From assembly GCA_964533715.1 (NCBI GenBank), contig CAZHNI010000003.1:32170-82374 (forward strand): a stretch of DNA of 50,205 bases. Reading direction: 5' to 3'. Shown one piece after another: positions 49,088-50,205 of the stretch (positions within the stretch are counted from its first letter, which is position 1; the number at the start of each line of letters is the position of its first letter). Both the position numbers and the translations under genes were made by a program. The DNA is from an uncultured Gammaproteobacteria bacterium (GTDB lineage Bacteria; Patescibacteriota; Patescibacteriia; Magasanikbacterales; GWA2-37-8). Below the pieces are notes generated by a model that was not told the DNA's origin, did not search any database, and worked only from the letters and a program-made list of their open reading frames with translations.

Positions 49088-50205
49088 ATGGTCGCACAGA
49101 AAAAGGTAAACAAAGAACTGAAAAAAAGCCAGCCATTTTTTGTTTTTGGTGTACTTTTTGCGTTGTCATTTTTTGTCGTTGCCTGGTTTTTTATGCCACG
49201 CCCTGCCCGAGCTGCGTCTGCCCCAGCGGTTGTTACGTATCAAGGAAAATTATTGGTTAACGGGGTAGCGGCCACGACTACGCAAAGTATGAAAATTTTA
49301 TTGTATGATGCCGCAACCAACGGCACTATACTGTATTCTGCTGGCGGCACAATTGGAGCCCCCGCAGCGATTAATGTGACGCCAACCAGCGGCTTATTTA
49401 GTGTGGATTTGGGAGGCACTGGGACTAACCCGCTTGATCCAAGAATTTTTCAAGATAATGGGTCTGTATATTTAGAAGTACAAGTTGGTTCGGAGACTCT
49501 TACGCCACGTAAACAAATTACGGCCGCACCATATGCCTATAATGCCACGTTTTTAGATGGTGTTGGTTCGACTAGTACTGCTTCAACTTCGCCGTACATT
49601 CCTGTGTCAGACAGCCAAGGAAATTTTAATTTTAATCGTGTTACTTCAACTGGTTTTTATGTTTACGGGAATTCTCAGTTTACAGCAACCACTACCTTTG
49701 CTACAACCACTGTGGCGAGTTCAACTATTAATACCGCCAACGTCACCTCACTATTTGTAAGCGGCAACAGTACTTTTGGTACGCTAGCAGTAGGAGCCAC
49801 AACTATGAGTGGGCTCGCCACTCTTTCAGGCGGCTTCATCTCTTCTGCCTCATCATCAATTGCTTCCACACTCTCGGTTACTGGTGCTATCACTGGTTCA
49901 TCAACTCTCACTATCGGCACCGGAGGTAATTTAGGCAAATTCTATGTTGATTCGAGTGGGAATGTGTCAGCTTCCGGCACACTCGCTGTCTTTGGGGCTT
50001 CAACCTTAGCAGGTCTTACGAATTTTAGCTCCGGGTTTATTGCTAATGCCTCAAGTTCAATTGGAGCGGGTTTACAAATATCCGGTGCATTAAGTGCTTC
50101 TGGGACTCTTCAAGTAGCAGGGGCCTCGGAATTGGGGTCTACTCTTAATGTAACCGGTCTCTCCACCCTCTCATCAGGCTTCATCTCCTCCGCCTCGTCC
50201 ACGGT
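49088..50205 (+). CDS. Secreted fibre-like repeat protein; the 3' end lies outside the window (absent from the supplied ORF track)
   Basis: I translated it manually from ATG 49088 to nt 50205 and found no stop (372 codons). Signal/TM 'FFVFGVLFALSFFVVAWFFMPRPARA'. 'YLEVQVGSETLTPRKQITAAPYAYNA' module. Then Ser/Thr/Gly/Ala-rich periodic 'S.L.V.G..TL.G.(T/S).(F/L)SSGFI..ASSS' repeats. Confidence 0.7.
   Translation, partial: MVAQKKVNKELKKSQPFFVFGVLFALSFFVVAWFFMPRPARAASAPAVVTYQGKLLVNGVAATTTQSMKILLYDAATNGTILYSAGGTIGAPAAINVTPTSGLFSVDLGGTGTNPLDPRIFQDNGSVYLEVQVGSETLTPRKQITAAPYAYNATFLDGVGSTSTASTSPYIPVSDSQGNFNFNRVTSTGFYVYGNSQFTATTTFATTTVASSTINTANVTSLFVSGNSTFGTLAVGATTMSGLATLSGGFISSASSSIASTLSVTGAITGSSTLTIGTGGNLGKFYVDSSGNVSASGTLAVFGASTLAGLTNFSSGFIANASSSIGAGLQISGALSASGTLQVAGASELGSTLNVTGLSTLSSGFISSASST

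Noticed and set aside
1-50205. CRISPR arrays, prophage, integrase/transposase genes, rRNA operons
   Set aside because: I saw no regularly spaced direct repeats with unique spacers. The recurrent repeats are isolated palindromic elements. No recombinase, transposase or rRNA-like sequence was recognised on either strand.

Overview
The window is AT-rich and gene-dense, and it contains the chromosomal replication-origin region. dnaN and dnaA sit on the minus strand, divergent from rpmH-rnpA-yidD, with perfect DnaA boxes on both sides of dnaA. Housekeeping genes fill the first ~23 kb and the 28-37 kb stretch: uppS, class I RNR nrdA/nrdB, nfo, tig, membrane H+-PPase, polA, holA, rpsT, rmuC and NDH-2. 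Two accessory stretches (23-27.3 kb and 37.8-41.4 kb) and a terminal surface-protein operon (41.7 kb to the window end) interrupt this.

Several features suggest, as inference only, a reduced Patescibacteria/CPR-like genome:
- Two O-antigen-ligase-like membrane proteins, one fused to TPR repeats.
- Four TrmB-like HTH paralogues.
- Near-consensus sigma70 promoters with very short or absent leaders.
- No Shine-Dalgarno motifs before the native genes I inspected.

I found no rRNA, CRISPR array, integrase or transposase. There are four tRNAs: Ala-UGC, Cys-GCA, Arg-CCU and Ala-CGC.

The most interesting signals are:
1. A tightly packed operon of Sec-signal proteins at 41.8-50.2 kb. It encodes a Wzy-like/TPR membrane protein, a Ser/Thr-rich beta subunit, a C-terminally anchored beta protein, a 1087-aa protein (FN3, Cys-bracketed Ca-loop repeats, CarboxypepD_reg-like modules interleaved with TM segments) and a fibre protein. 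I flag it as the candidate undescribed cell-surface system.
2. Three small high-GC single-gene islets. Each has a canonical SD, in contrast to the SD-less AT-rich host genes, and each lies next to a TrmB-like paralogue.
3. A wHTH-GHKL ATPase plus STAS-like (DUF4325-type) gene pair.
4. A family of MITE-like palindromic elements (TGTCATTCTGAGC...GAATGACA) that donate stop and start codons to flanking genes, plus an unrelated GC-rich palindromic segment inserted in frame in polA.
5. A vestigial duplicated start of polA and a duplicated 5' half of tRNA-Arg.

All domain calls rest on motif recognition by eye; no database search was possible.
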